The notes: generated by a model from the sequence alone, not told the origin. A DNA stretch of 63,902 nucleotides, filler included, from Octopus bimaculoides (GCF_001194135.2; 4 parts of 4 records of this genome joined end to end with filler, not necessarily neighbours in it); one strand, 5' to 3'. Positions 12,468 to 26,052 are shown, numbered from the whole stretch's first letter. Numbers and translations: made by a program.

Positions 12468-12590
12468 ATCTTCTTTCAGTTTCCGTTTACCAAATCCATT
12501 CACAAGGTTTTGGTAGACCGGAGGTTACAGTAGAAGATACTTGCCACATGTGTCATAGAGTGGAACTGAACCCGGAACCATGTGATTGGA
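12468..12590 (-). mobile_element. SINE family B head fragment
   Basis: TTCTTTCAGTTTCCG..GGAACCATGTG. Confidence 0.75.
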
Positions 12591-13734
12591 TTAAGAAAAA
12601 ATTCTAAAGAATCATTTGATGTTAGCATGGGATCAAAGATTTCAGCAGAGGTTAGCGACATTGTCGTACACACAAAATTCCCCATTCTGTCAAGTGATCT
12701 CTGTAGAGGTCACCTGTTAGAAACTTCTCAGAAACTTCAACGCACAAAAAAAGAACAGATTTAAGAAAAAATTATATCTCTTCTTTAAAAACAGAGAACC
12801 CCAAGTCCTTGGATATTCTATTATAGCTGCCACACATCTTAAACAGTTAGTTTCCTTGACGTCAACTTTGTGTCTTCTATTTACAAATCCTATAAAAAGA
12901 AAATGAAAAGTCTTAATATATATACATACTTTACTATCGAAGCAGAAAAAGAAATGTCCTATAAAACAACCGAATAAATAAACAGGCATATAATTCACAT
13001 GACTAAATCTTTTCCCTCTTCAAACAAATATTTCTTTCCGTGAAACAAACACAGCCAACAAATTAGTTATATTAAGTATAAGCAAGTTTTAGGCATTAAT
13101 ATCAGGTCTTTTAGCATAAACACAATGTCCATAAATTTTGTTCTTGTAATGAAGTCGAATAAATAGATACCGACACTTTTCTAGTTTATATTTTATCGCC
13201 TCAATGACACTGGAAGACAAAATCAGCAGCCTGTAATAAAATATTTCTAGGACTTGTGTCTGACACTCTATCGATTCTGCTATCCAGGTATTTATTTAGA
13301 CATAAATTTGTTCTGTGATTTCGATGATTCCTGTTTGAAGTACATTCACTTCACTTATACCTCTAGTGTTTTTGAGAAATGTATGAAATCATGCTATCTC
13401 ATTATGTTCTTTCATAGATATGAATTTTTTTGCATGAGTATGAAATACATTGCTGACTCTTCAGTGATTTAGCTTTTTTTTTATCACTTAGTCAGGAGGA
13501 AGGGCCCTGCTCATAATTTTTTTTTATGGCTTCTGAGACTAATGGAAAGGAAGAAGGATAGTAGCTTCAGACTAGAGATCCAGCTCGTAAGAATGGACTC
13601 TTACGCTAAAGGTACACAAGTGCCAGCTGGTGGTGCTAAGAGAGCGGTGAGATTTTCACTTAGAAAGTACAAAGCCGTAATAAATACAACAAAACATCTC
13701 ATCTGATGAGATTATCTATTCCACCAGTCCAAAC

Positions 13735-13885
13735 TCCTAGATTGATACTTTATTTGATCAAACCCAGAAGGATAAAATGTGAAGTTGACCTCAGCCAAAT
13801 TTGAAATCAGAATGCAAAGAGCCACTATAAATGTAGCAAAGCATTTGGCTTGCTGCCCTATCGACTGAGGCAAATCGCCGCCTAG
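13735..13885 (-). mobile_element. SINE family A, decayed
   Basis: GATACTTTATTTGATCAAACCC..GTTGACCTCAGCCAAATTTGAA..AAGCATTTGG. Confidence 0.6.
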
Positions 13886-14860
13886 AAAGAAACAGTAGAT
13901 TGCCAAATTAAATGCCTTACAGTATTCAGTTAAGACCACTTACATTCTTACATTATGAATTCAAACCTTGTCGAATTCGCTATCAGCCTTTCTTCCTAAT
14001 GGCGTGCAGTTGAGATGGAGAAGTCGATAGAATTAAAGCTAGTGATATATAGTAGCCGAGGCAATCAAACCATAAGTATTCCATAAATTAGTGGGTCTTA
14101 TATCCGATTAAAAGAAATCAATGCGATCCTAACTATTAACTTTCGATGAACATCGTTCCCGAATGATTTATCGTATATCTGCTCGCCAATATTTAATTTA
14201 ATGTTTGAAAGTTTTTATTGGCGCAGCTCAGCTAAAATCTCGTTCCATTCATCCTATTCACATCTATCTACGAAATACCTAATTTCAGTATTAATCCACC
14301 TTTTGTATCATTCAGTTAAGATCATCACTGGTTAAGTCACCAAACATGCAGTATAATGATATACTTTTGCCACACTATACAAATAACAAGAGCTTCTCTT
14401 TAAGAAATTTCTAAATAACAACTAGAAAGGCTTCAGTAATTGTGGATCTTTTAATAAAACCAATATACAGATTATAATATGAATGTTAGAAATTATCTAC
14501 TTATATGAGATACTTAAACTCTGACAAATGTTCCAAATTAATTACAACGTCACAAACCGCTGTATGTATATTCACTCATTCACATTTCTAACTACATTAA
14601 CAACGCTTGCCAAATAAGAGAGCTTACACGTAGCTGTTTGATCTGCTATAAATAATATCCAGATTTTCTCAAATTACATTCTACTATCTTGATTGAAAAT
14701 TGAGAGATACATTAGGTAACGTAGTCATAGATAAAAAACAAACATGGGATATTTACGTTTGGATTGGTTCCAATCGCAGATCTGCTCGATCTGGGCTAAC
14801 CTTGGGTTATACTAAAACAATAGTAACAAAAATAACACTCGCCAAAACCTGCAACGTTCA

Positions 14861-16115
14861 TATCAGGTTGTCCGGAAAGTTCGGAGCGACTTCAGGATTT
14901 GTGTCTTTTAGTCCTTCATGCAACAATCCTAATCTCAGAATTGCTTGCAGTATTGAAGCCTATCGGCTAAGTTCTACGTTAAAAATCAGCATATATTTTA
15001 CTCCTTTCAACCCTAATTACCATTTGAAACGGATAGCCGAAAGTTGCATATTCGCCACGTAATGCTTTTCTTCTTCAAAAAATGGTGAAAATGCTACAGA
15101 AACGTGTAAAATCATTTGTGGAGTTTATGGTGAAGATGCTGTAAGCGAATCAACTGTTCGAAGATGGCTTGCAAAATTTAGACGTGGTGAGTTCAGCTTG
15201 AAAGATGACAATCACTGTGGAAAACCCTCAACCTTAGACGACGATATTTTGAAGGTAACCATTGAAGAAAACTCGAATATTACGACTAGAGAACTTGCAG
15301 AGAAGTTGGAGGTTTCCAAAAGTACCCTTCATGAACACTTGGCAAAAATTGGGTATGTTTCTCGCTATAATGTTTGGGTGCCTCACAAACTGTCAGAACA
15401 AAACTGCATGGACCGGTATTCCATCTGTGATATGCTTCTGAAACACAATGAAAACAAGCCTTTCCTGAAGCAATGGTAACTGGAGATGAAAAATGGATTG
15501 TTTACGATAATATAGTGAGAAAAAGATTCTGGAGTTTGCGTGAGGATCCTCGAAAATTGCTTCCAAAGCAGAATATTTATTTTAAAAAAAGTCATGCTTT
15601 GTCTGGTGGGGTTTCGAAGGCATTATTTACTGAGCTATTCTCACAAAATGAGATCATCAATTCTGATGTGTACTGCCATTAGCTAGCAAATTTGAATCAA
15701 AAGATCAAGGAATTGGAACCAGCGCTCTAGAACAGGAAATGGGTTGTGTCCCACCAGGACAATGCCCGACCACATGTGTCTTTGTCTACCCGAACAAAGT
15801 CGCATGAACTTGGGTGGTATCCCTTGCCTCATCCACCATACTCCCCTGACATTTCACCATCTGACTATCATTTGTTTATGTTGCTTCAGAACTCTTCAAA
15901 AGGAAAATCATTTAATGATTTAGATGGTGTCAAAACCCACTTAAATGACTTCTTTTCCTTAAAAGCATCTGAGTTTTATGCCGATGGAATATTTAAATTT
16001 CCTGCTGAGAAGCACAGGAAACAATGGAAATTACATTAATGAATAAAGATGAGAGTGTGTTTAAAATTTATCATTTATTGCGCTTTAAAATGGTAAGGAT
16101 TTTCCGTTCTTAATA
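14861..16115 (+). mobile_element. mariner (D,D34D) DNA transposon, near full-length, transposase pseudogene
   Basis: Left end TA|TCAGGTTGTCCGGAAAGTTCG; fragments show HTH, WVPHKL, TGDEKW, HQDNARPH, YSPDISPSDY; frameshifts and stops between ORFs 15198, 15473, 15746; right TIR decayed. Confidence 0.95.
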
Positions 16116-17641
16116 AGTTCTTGTACGAGTTAACGAGACAATTTTCTTGCAGTCATTCGACGTACTAAAAATAGCTGTTAAATTTATTTCACAACACAAC
16201 CTACCATAATGAAAACGGAAGCAAACATTGATTAATCGTAAATACACCATGTTTAAATAAAAGATGTGAGGGTCTTATCTGAAAAGCTAACTTGAGATTA
16301 ATCAACATTTTATTACCTTTCTACAACAGAACTCTGCCTACGACACCACGCAGTCACATAGTTGAACTTAATAAATGAAATTTTTTGAAAAGAAACAACA
16401 CTCTAAAATAATTGTAAGAACAACTTTCAGTCTAAAGCTGTGTACGGAAGTATGCACTTCTGATAAATGATACCAAATATAACGTTTATACTGGATTGTA
16501 GACTTAACAAGTCACCTGTAAGCACCACCGTATTTCCCCTTGTCTGCACTTTAGCAAAGTCAACTTTGTAGAAGCAATTTGACCAGTTTTCAGATTTGAT
16601 AACATCGAGATATTAGCAGTTTTCCTTCTAACCCGTAAAACAACAGATTAAATAAATTAAAGCATAAACAACTCTGTAGACATTGATACTATGTTTTCTT
16701 GCATCGAAAGAAGCAGGAGGTATCTCTACTGACTATTTTATTGATATACGAGCAGGTGAACAAGCGAAAGAAAGAAAGAAAGAAAGAAAGAAATCGTTAT
16801 GGCGATTTAAGACAAAATTAATAAGTCATTTTGTTGTTACCAAACCGAGCAGAAATATTTCCCGAGAAAGAGAGATATACAAAACACATAATGTAACACC
16901 ATTCTCGTTTCTCGGAACAATTGGATCTAAAAACTGCCAGCAACATAGTCGCTTTCGATGTTGTTGCTATTGCTACTGGTGTTGTTGTTGTTGGTGTTGT
17001 TGTTGTTGTAACTGCTGCTGTTGTTCTTATTTAGCATGCCACTCCAAGGTAGCTATGATTCAGCAGACCTATTTTCAAAGGCATTCCAACCGAGACGGTT
17101 CCATCTGTCATTCAGACATAATGCATCTGAGTCTGCATTATCTGATGTGCACTTCTTCTTGAAAATGCTAGGCAATGATTCGCGAGAAATTTCACTGATA
17201 TTTCTATCAGATCGAGAAACCATATCGAAACTCCCTTCTTAGCTTGTCTATTTTACAAAAGTCACGCTCAACAGTTTTAAATCTTTCTATCTCGTCATAT
17301 CTCTCAGTCACATTAAAGTCTGACACGTACTGGAAAATACCATACTCTACTGAGAAAGTCTAATAATACAATATATATCTGGATATATGTCATCGCATTT
17401 GCCAAAGATCAGTCCTCCATTCCCAATCTTGTATGCCCCTGTTCAGTTTCATTTAATTTAAATGCTAGTGTTGTCTCTCTTCCATAATCAATCAATAAAC
17501 TAATGGTTTTCTCTCTTCATTGCGGGAGGTAATTTCTCAGAAAAAAGCGAAATATTGAGTTTCGGCGGATCATTACTAAATGTCATCATAGACTTAACAA
17601 ATTGTCTTTATATGTGTATGTGTGCGTGTGTGTGTGTAAAG

Positions 17642-18088
17642 CTGTATATCATACTTAAAATAGATATATTGTTGAAAGCCTGCTAAACTGCGGTATTCGA
17701 CTTGAGAAAGCATCTATAGGCGTATAGTTTAAAAAAAAACTCGGAATTATATCAGTAACGGTGATGGCATTGCAGAATACATATTTCTGCTGCTTTGAGC
17801 TTCGTTAATAGCACGTATCCACTGACACCACATGTTAAGAGAAAATCGACCGCTACTGTTATAGTTAAACAGTGGTTGAAAAAAAATCACTGATCACGCA
17901 TTTCGTCGGCAGGTTGAATAAAATTCCGTTATTAGCGACGAAAGTAGGATTGTTCAAAATAGCAATCTGTATATCATACTTATGGTAGATGTAGTGTTAA
18001 AAGCTTGGTAAACTGCAATATTAGTCTCGAGAAAGTATCTCGCATAGACGTAAAGGGTTAAAAAATCCCAAGACAATTATTCTTAACG
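17642..18088. repeat. Diverged ~120-bp direct repeat pair (17642-17760, 17967-18088)
   Basis: CTGTATATCATACTTA..TAGAT..GTT.AAAGC...TAAACTGC..TATT...C..GAGAAAG.ATCT in both. Confidence 0.75.
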
Positions 18089-18532
18089 TACATGTTAAAA
18101 ATGCTGTATTCAAATTTCACGACAAAAGGCGGCAGAATAAATAAAAAAGAAAAATAAGATTATGCGATCTATTAATTTCCTTACATTACTTAATAACCCG
18201 TTTCTATCATTTTAAGATAAATTTTTTTCTGATATTTGCATAATGATATTTCATTATATCAGTTTTAATTAATTAAATACCAGTCATATGCATGGGTCTA
18301 TTCGATCGATTATACACTTCCTTACAAATCTGAGAACTTACATCAATATGAGAAATCAAGATATTTGATAGTTACCTCTTATAGTCACCTGCAAATCGTA
18401 CATAAACCTTTTAAACAACTGAACAGCATTTCTACACCATTATTTCACCGCAACACACAAACATATATGAACACTATGAAATCAAATCAACTCTTGTGCT
18501 TTTTGGTTATGTGAATTACTTACCGTGTGTGC

Positions 18533-18579
<47 letters not shown>

Positions 18580-18582
<3 letters not shown>

Positions 18583-18760
18583 TACTATGTGGTAAGAAGC
18601 TTACTTTCCAACTACGTGGTTTCAGGTTCAGTCCCACAGCGTGGCACTTTCGGCAAGTGTCTCCTATTATAGTCTCGTATCGACTAAAGCCTTGTGAATG
18701 TACCTGGTAGAAAGAAACTGAAGGAAGTCCATCACATACATACATAAACACACACATACA
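18580..18760 (+). mobile_element. SINE family B, 5' half
   Basis: TGTGGTAAGAAGCTT..GGTTCAGTCCCAC..GAAACTGAAGGAAG. Confidence 0.8.
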
Positions 18761-18859
18761 CACACACACACATGCACGCACGCACATACATACACACACA
18801 TATAAATGAGTAACAAAGATGTATAAGTGTCGATTCATTACAGCCATTTCGAGCACATA

Positions 18860-19187
18860 GTTAGTTGGCACTCTGCCGCTTACGACGTCGAGGGTTTCAG
18901 TTGATCCGACCAACGGAACAGCCTGCTCGTGAAATTAACGTGCAAGTGGCTGAGCACTCCACAGACACGTGTACCCTTAATGTAGTTCTCGGGGATATTC
19001 AGCGTAACACAGTGTGACAAGGCTGACCCTTTGAATTACAGGCACAACAGAAACAAGAAGTAAGAGTGAGAGAAAGTTCTGGTGAAAGAGTACAGCAGAG
19101 TTCGCCACCATCCCCTGCCGGAGCCTCGTGGAGCTTTAGGTATTTTCACTCAATAAACACTCACAACGCCCTGTCTGGGAATCGAAA
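18860..19187 (-). mobile_element. tRNA-derived SINE, family C (head lost in gap)
   Basis: High-identity reverse complement of 53690-54014. Confidence 0.9.
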
Positions 19188-19342
19188 NNNNNNNNNNNNN
19201 NNNNNNNNNNNNNNNNNNNNNNNNNNNNNNNNNNNNNNNNNNNNNNNNNNNNNNNNNNNNNNNNNNNNNNNNNNNNNNNNNNNNNNNNNNNNNNNNNNNN
19301 NNNNNNNNNAGAAAGCAAATATTTACAATGATACAGCTGCTA

Positions 19343-19813
19343 AATGAAAAAAGAACAGCACAGAGGGACAAGCCAGAAATTAGTATAGGCTAGAGGGGTT
19401 GAGAGAGGGATGAATGAGTATAGTGACTCCGTTATCTACACATCGAAGACAAAAAGGAAAGTGTAGTCTTCAGAACATCTAAAATTGGATCTTTAAGGAG
19501 TTATAAATTACTCAGTATCATAACAGACCGTTCTACTTTCTGAAAAAATGGAACTTCACATCCGGCTATATGAACACGCTTTCGTTGCTCATATAGCCGG
19601 ATGTAAAGTTCAGTTTTCTCAGATAGTAGTACGGTCTGTCACGATACTAATTAATTTATAACTCCCTAAAGATCTAATTTCAAAGACTACCTTTTTCCTT
19701 ATTGTCTTCGATGTGTAGATAACGGGGTCACTACTCTTATTCCTTCCTCTCTCACCCACTCTAGCCTATGATAATTTCTGGCTTGTCTGTCGCTGTACTG
19801 TTCTTTTTTCATT
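19343..19813. repeat. Long foldback palindrome (~230-bp arms, 15-nt or smaller loop)
   Basis: 19343-19573 is the diverged reverse complement of 19589-19813; centre CATCCGGCTATATGA acacgctttcgttgc TCATATAGCCGGATG. Confidence 0.9.
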
Positions 19814-20269
19814 CTGCCAAAACATTTAGCTGCAAAATCTTTGCAAGTCCTTTATGCTTGAGGTCTGTGTGATAAGAATGGTTTTCTTTGTAATGATGTA
19901 ATGCTTTCATTGATCAATTAAAGGAGTCACTCGAAACGGCCGTAATGAATTGACACTTTGTTACTCATTTATATTTTACTCACCTACCCTGGAATCTGCA
20001 CTTTGGAAGTATTTGGAATATATAAAGTACATGTTTGAACAAACAAGAGCGCATTTATTCACTAAGTTGGATCGTGTCATCTGCATACACTGCATGAATA
20101 TCGGGTGGAAAAAATTCTATGTAGTGTTTCATACTCATCTAATATTGTTTGAGAGTGTGCAAATAAGTTCGTCCTAACAAGGTGCCTCAATTTAATTACT
20201 TAATTCAACTGAATTTATATTCTGTGTGTGTGTGCGTGTGTGCGCGTGCGCGTGCATGTTTGTGTGTGT

Positions 20270-20480
20270 GTATTTGTTTCAGTGTTTGATCTCGACCACC
20301 GCTTGGCAACTGATGTTAGTGTGTTCACGTCCCGTATTCTAGCGGCTCGACAAAAGAGATCGATAGAGGAAGTACCAAGTTTATAAAAAATACTGGAGTC
20401 GATGCATTCGATTAGAAATTCTTCAAGACAGGTGTTCCAGTCTAATGACTGAAACAAGTAAAATGATAAAAGATAAAAGA
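20270..20480 (+). mobile_element. SINE family B, 3' half
   Basis: CCGCTTGGCAACTGATG..AAAAGAGATCGATAG..AATGACTGAAACAAG. Confidence 0.75.
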
Positions 20481-20822
20481 TGTGTTCAACCCCCCAAAAA
20501 AACGCAAATGGGAAATCCCTGAAATGTTTTACAAATTTTAATGGATTATATTTGGAGGATGTGAATCAGTTTTCTAAGTTCTAGAAGAACCTTAACATTT
20601 CTAGGCCGCAATGCAGATCTGCTGTTATAAGACCAATGCCCCTATGAAAATAGAAATGAAAACTGATGGTCTCTTATGAGAGCTCTCGGTTTCTCCTTAC
20701 TTCTCCATAGATGTTCTCTTCCACAATATTCGACGAGACATTTATGTCTACCGGGCAGCTGATCTCCACACCAGTGCATGACATTTTCTCTCTTTGTTTA
20801 TATATATATATATATATATTAT

Positions 20823-21320
20823 ATATAGTTGAGTTAACGGTTCCTCATGAAGATAATATGGACGCCGCGCGGGCTCGAAAGATGGACCGTTATGTAAACC
20901 TCCTCGACAAATGTGAAGACGCAGGCTGGAAAGCGGAGCATTTTCCAATCGAAGTCGGATGTAGACGAGTTGTAGGACACAGTGTGAGAAGACTGCTGTT
21001 ATCGTTGGGCCTAACTCATCGTAAGGTAAATACCACCATGACCGATATCCAAAATACAGTGGAGAAGGCTAACCACTGGATTTGGTTAAAAAGAGACGAT
21101 GAGCGATGTCTAGAGAAATATTGAGCTTTGTTTTAATAATCAGTTGATCTAGCAAGCGGGGCCTCATATCAGTGAGGGGGGCCGGTGCGCATTGATGCCG
21201 TCGAGAGGTAGGCCCAGAAACGGCGCGCATTTTCTCCTGATGACCCCATACACTTGCTGGCTTCCGGTATGCGGAGTTCTTGACTGGCAGCATTTGCATG
21301 TGCGAGTTGTTTGCAAGACA
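20823..21320 (+). mobile_element. R2-group (Hero-like) non-LTR retrotransposon 3' end: RLE endonuclease C-terminus plus 3' UTR
   Basis: IVELTVPHEDNMDAARARKMDRY..GWKAEHFPIEVGCR..EKANHWIWLKR fits the ELTVP.E..K..Y..VEVGCRG..WIWLKR pattern; both ends abut (TA)n. Confidence 0.85.
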
Positions 21321-21618
21321 CATATGTATATATATATANNNNNNNNNNNNNNNNNNNNNNNNNNNNNNNNNNNNNNNNNNNNNNNNNNNNNNNNNNNNNN
21401 NNNNNNNNNNNNNNNNNNNNNNNNNNNNNNNNNNNNNNNNNNNNNNNNNNNNNNNNNNNNNNNNNNNNNNNCATAAACTGGATTTATTTAAAGTTTTTTT
21501 TAATAAATATATTTTGAATTTCTTCTTGATCCCACTCGGATTAATGTCTCGTTTCTAAGATAAATTTAGATAAGTAAATGAAGCATACGTATGTCTGAAA
21601 CACACGCACACACACACA

Positions 21619-21679
<61 letters not shown>

Positions 21680-22134
21680 GCATGTATATTCACACATACA
21701 CACTTGCGTGCATATACGCATGCACATACACACACACACGTATGTGCCTGAGTGTGTGAGTGTGTTTGAGTGTGCGTTTGTGTGTGTATGTGTGTGTGTT
21801 TTTGTGTGTGTGCGTGTATTTGCGCCACTTCTGCTTAAATAAGCGAATATTTATGATGTATTGAAGTGAATCCATTACTAAATGAGATATAAATTAAATT
21901 GATAAATACAGTTTTGCGCTCGTACAATATTTTCCTTCTATTTTGTTTTATGTAATTTATTCATTGGTTTCTTGTCATAGTTTCTTCTCTTTGGAGATTA
22001 AAACAGACACAAAATATTACTGTACTCCATGGGACTTATTTTCATATGAATTTATGATCGATTATACGTACATTAAGCTTTTATGTAAAATAAATTACTT
22101 TCAAGTTGTGCATGATTTGTGTATGCGTGCGTGT

Positions 22135-22165
<31 letters not shown>

Positions 22166-22485
22166 GAAAAATAGATGCAGACAGCGTCGATTGTCCGTCA
22201 CACTGACAACTTAAAAGCTGCAGTTCGATTCTTGAGAGAGCACTGGGTTTTTAATTGCCGAACCGCTGTTTACGGGGACGTAAAACAACAAACAATAACC
22301 GCTGTCAACAAGTGATTACTCGAAATGGGGAATAGATAGACAGCCGACAACTGCTGAAGGATCATTCTTTGTATTACTTGTCCGTCTTTTTCTCGTTATT
22401 TGCGTATCTAACTCATTTTTTTCGTATTTCATGCTGTTTCCTGTTGGTGACGTCCTGTACCCATATATGCATATATATATATATA

Positions 22486-22585
22486 NNNNNNNNNNNNNNN
22501 NNNNNNNNNNNNNNNNNNNNNNNNNNNNNTTAATTAATTAANNNNNNNNNNNNNNNNNNNNNNNNNNNNNNNNNNNNNNNNNNNN
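22486..22585. other. Artificial scaffold linker N44-TTAATTAATTAA-N44
   Basis: Exact 100-bp pattern; the 12-mer has stops in all six frames; repeated three times. Confidence 0.9.
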
Positions 22586-22679
22586 CTCAGTTCAGCTTCA
22601 ATGTTTACTAATGATCTAATCTGCTTATATGTGAGTTTACTTATCTATCAATTTGTAACCACCCCCCACACAAACGCAA

Positions 22680-22680
22680 A

Positions 22681-22715
<35 letters not shown>

Positions 22716-22898
22716 TATATACATACATATATGTGTATATACATATACATGTATGCATATGTATACATACATGTATATATATGTGTGTGCATATATATAT
22801 ATACACATATATGTATGTGTGTGTATATATATATACATGTATACATACTTATGCATGTCTGTATATGCATATATATATGCATGTATGTATGCCTATGC

Positions 22899-22972
<74 letters not shown>

Positions 22973-23157
22973 ATGTGTGTATGTATGTATGTATATACAT
23001 ATATGCTTAGCTATTTGTTTTTCTGTTTACTTCTCTCTCTGTACACATCTGTCAACATTTTTAAAATACACACAAACTCTCCCACATTCACACACGCATA
23101 CCTATGCAGTTTCATGTCCTTTAATAATATGTATGTGTGTGTGTGTGTATTTAATAT

Positions 23158-23236
<79 letters not shown>
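22680..23236. repeat. Compound (TA)/(CA)/(TATG) microsatellite
   Basis: Direct reading. Confidence 0.95.
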
Positions 23237-23589
23237 GTCAATCAGTACATAACCTTAACCAAAATGTTTTTAAAAAATACTTTTTCTGGTTTAATCAATT
23301 ACTGACTATCAATAGACAGAAGATACATTGAGAAGTATCAGACAGTTTCTTTAAAAGGTTGCACTGATTTGACATTTACTGTTGCTCCTATAATTATTTT
23401 CATCTGTTCTTTTAGACTATCAATTAAAACATATTGACATGCAAACTAGAATCAGATGTGTCAAATGAACAAGGATTATCTTTAAAATCCAGTAAGGGAA
23501 ATATTAATCCAGCAAGGGGAGCCCTTGAGTTAGTATGGGGTACCTTTAAAAGCCAGCAATGTAGGTGTTGAGTTAGTGAAAGAAGTCTT

Positions 23590-24110
23590 GAAAGAATGTG
23601 AGCAGTTTTGAGTCTGTGAGGGTGAACTACTGAGCCTGTGAGGGTAGATTTTAGCCAGTGAGAAGATCCTTGAGCCTGTGAGGGCAGTGTTAAACCAACG
23701 AGACTTTTGACCCTGTATGGGAGAACTTAAGCTAGTGAGAGAAGCTTTCAGCAAGTGAGAAGACTTTTGAGACAACAAAGAGAGTGTTGATTGAACAAGG
23801 AGAACCATGTTATACTGAGGTGGGTCTTTAACCAAGGATAGAAGTGTTGAATTAGTAAGTCGTATCCTGAGCCAGTGAGAGAAGTTTAGAGTCAGTGAGG
23901 AAGCCTGAAGCTACTTTGGAGAGTGTTTAGAAGGAAGAGAGAGTAACCTTGGACCAATGAGGAAACTTTTGAGTCAGTGGATGGAGGATTGAGGTAGTGT
24001 GAGGAGCCTTCAGGCAGTGAGGAGAGCATGAACTGGTGAGGTAAGTCTTCATGCGGTAGAGTTCATTTGGTGAGGGGATCCATAATAGTTTCCAGAAGCT
24101 AGTGAAAAGA
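23590..24110. repeat. Degenerate ~20-21 bp minisatellite (approx. TGAGCCAGTGAGAGAAGTTT)
   Basis: Recurrent (T)GAG(C/T)C(A/T)GTGAG(G/A) motif at about 20-22 bp spacing. Confidence 0.7.
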
Positions 24111-25045
24111 GTCTAAACATCTGTAAAAGGAGTTTTACAGGCTGTAGGAGCAGGCATCTTTGATTAGCCAATGCAGAGTTGTGGGATTTTAAAGCATCAT
24201 ATATCTTACTGCAGTTGTTGAACAGAAGGGTTAGCATTCACAGCCTGACCATCTGGGACAAGTTCAAAGTACATCATCCCTTCGAAATTCCTCCAAACAC
24301 ATTACCTGATCTTCTGTTCAAACTGCCCTTGTCTGACAACAGCTTTTGAAGCCTGACTGAAATGAAGCTACTGACTTCTCTTATTAGGTTTATGAAAACA
24401 GATCCATTTTTCATCCCCAGTTATAATTTCATGCCAAAATCAGGCATCTTGAAGATTTGCTGGTAGTTGATTGTAGGTGTTCACACATTATTGAGATTGG
24501 GTGTCGGTCAGTTCACAAGGAACTTCTCACAGCATCTGTTCTCTAGGCTGAGCTTATATACATGTCAATTGATGATGACTTGTGAAGGACCAAGTTCTGC
24601 TGACAACGGACATGTGCTTGTGCTTGTACTTGATGGTTGTTCAAGTAAGACCTCATCATCCACAACAGAAAGTCTCCTTGACCTTGGTTTGTCTTCGAGA
24701 CTGGTGTCACCTTCCATGAAACATCTAAAACAGTTTTGTGCCATACATTTGTTAACAGTTCCCATGTTTTCCACAGTGTTAATTTCTTTTGCCACTGCCC
24801 TGGAGCACAGTCCTTTTCTCCAGTGGCAGCATCAAATGGCTCTAGCTGCAATTTTTTCACCGCACATTATCAAAACTGTAAAATAGAGAATAGAAAGTTA
24901 TTGTTCATATGTTATATATGAAAATAAAGAAGAAACATTCAGCAATGACTAGACAACAAATTATATCAAATTAATGATATAACATGGAGATACAAGTTAC
25001 CAAATATCTTCAAAGAAAATCAAAAAAAACTTTGACTTAGCCTGG
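24110..25045 (-). mobile_element. mariner transposon remnant
   Basis: Minus-strand fragments: KEINTVENMGTV..SLEDKPRS (HTH), ITGDEKWI, CVWRNFEG..FELVPDG; many stops. Confidence 0.8.
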
Positions 25046-25464
25046 TGTGTGTGCGTGTGTGTGTATGTGTGTGTGTGTGCGTGTGCACATATAAGACAGG
25101 TTTCTCCCATTTTCTATTTGCCATTAAATTTTTCACATAAGTCATTGCTCAATTTCTCAACTGTTGTAGAAGACAGTGTACATAGAACAGTAATGAGCCC
25201 TAAACTATACAAAGTTCTTAATCATACACAGCCAAGCCTGTATTTAATTAAATTCAGTAAAAATTGATCTCAAAATCATAGATCATTATCTTGGTAGATT
25301 CTATCGTTCTATTGATAGAAATATCTCCAGGATTGAAGTAAAAAACTGCTATTTTTGTTGTTTTTCTTTCTTTTTTGTTTTCTTTCTTTCTTTTTTGTTT
25401 TGCTTCCCTTATAAGGGATACAAAATCCTTCAAAACAACATCTTATCCAAGAATATCCATTTTT

Positions 25465-25968
25465 ATTGTTTCAGTCATTGATTGCAGCCATGCTTGAGTA
25501 ATGCTTTGAAAATCAACTCTAGTAATTATTTTTTTAGGCTTGGTGTTATTTTATCAGTCTCTTTTGCCAAGCTGCTAGGTTAAGGGGATGTGAACAATCC
25601 AATACCAGTCATCAAGCAGTGGTGGGGGGCAAACACAATGATACTTATAAAAACACACATACACGCACACATACATGCATACATGCATGCATACATACAT
25701 ACATACATACATACATACATACATACATACATGATGTGAGTTTAGAGGGATGTATTATCCGGATGGATACTTTGGTGACTCTCATTTAGGTTCCAGGTTT
25801 ATGGAACATAACTGCAGAGAAAATTATGCCTGGTTGCATCTGCAACTGCCCATACCCTGTGCAGTGGAAACACATATAGGTCAAAATAACCATAAATATA
25901 TGCTGCATGAAATTATAAAATAACAGGAAATAAATTTTGAGGACGAACAAATCTCCATATTCTATATC

Positions 25969-26052
<84 letters not shown>

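Noticed and set aside
22601-23305. 234-aa and other HT/YI/CV-repeat ORFs across the window
   Set aside because: Translations of (CA)n/(TA)n/(GT)n microsatellites.
23530-23835. 101-aa Ser/Leu-rich minus ORF
   Set aside because: Explained by the degenerate 20-21 bp minisatellite.
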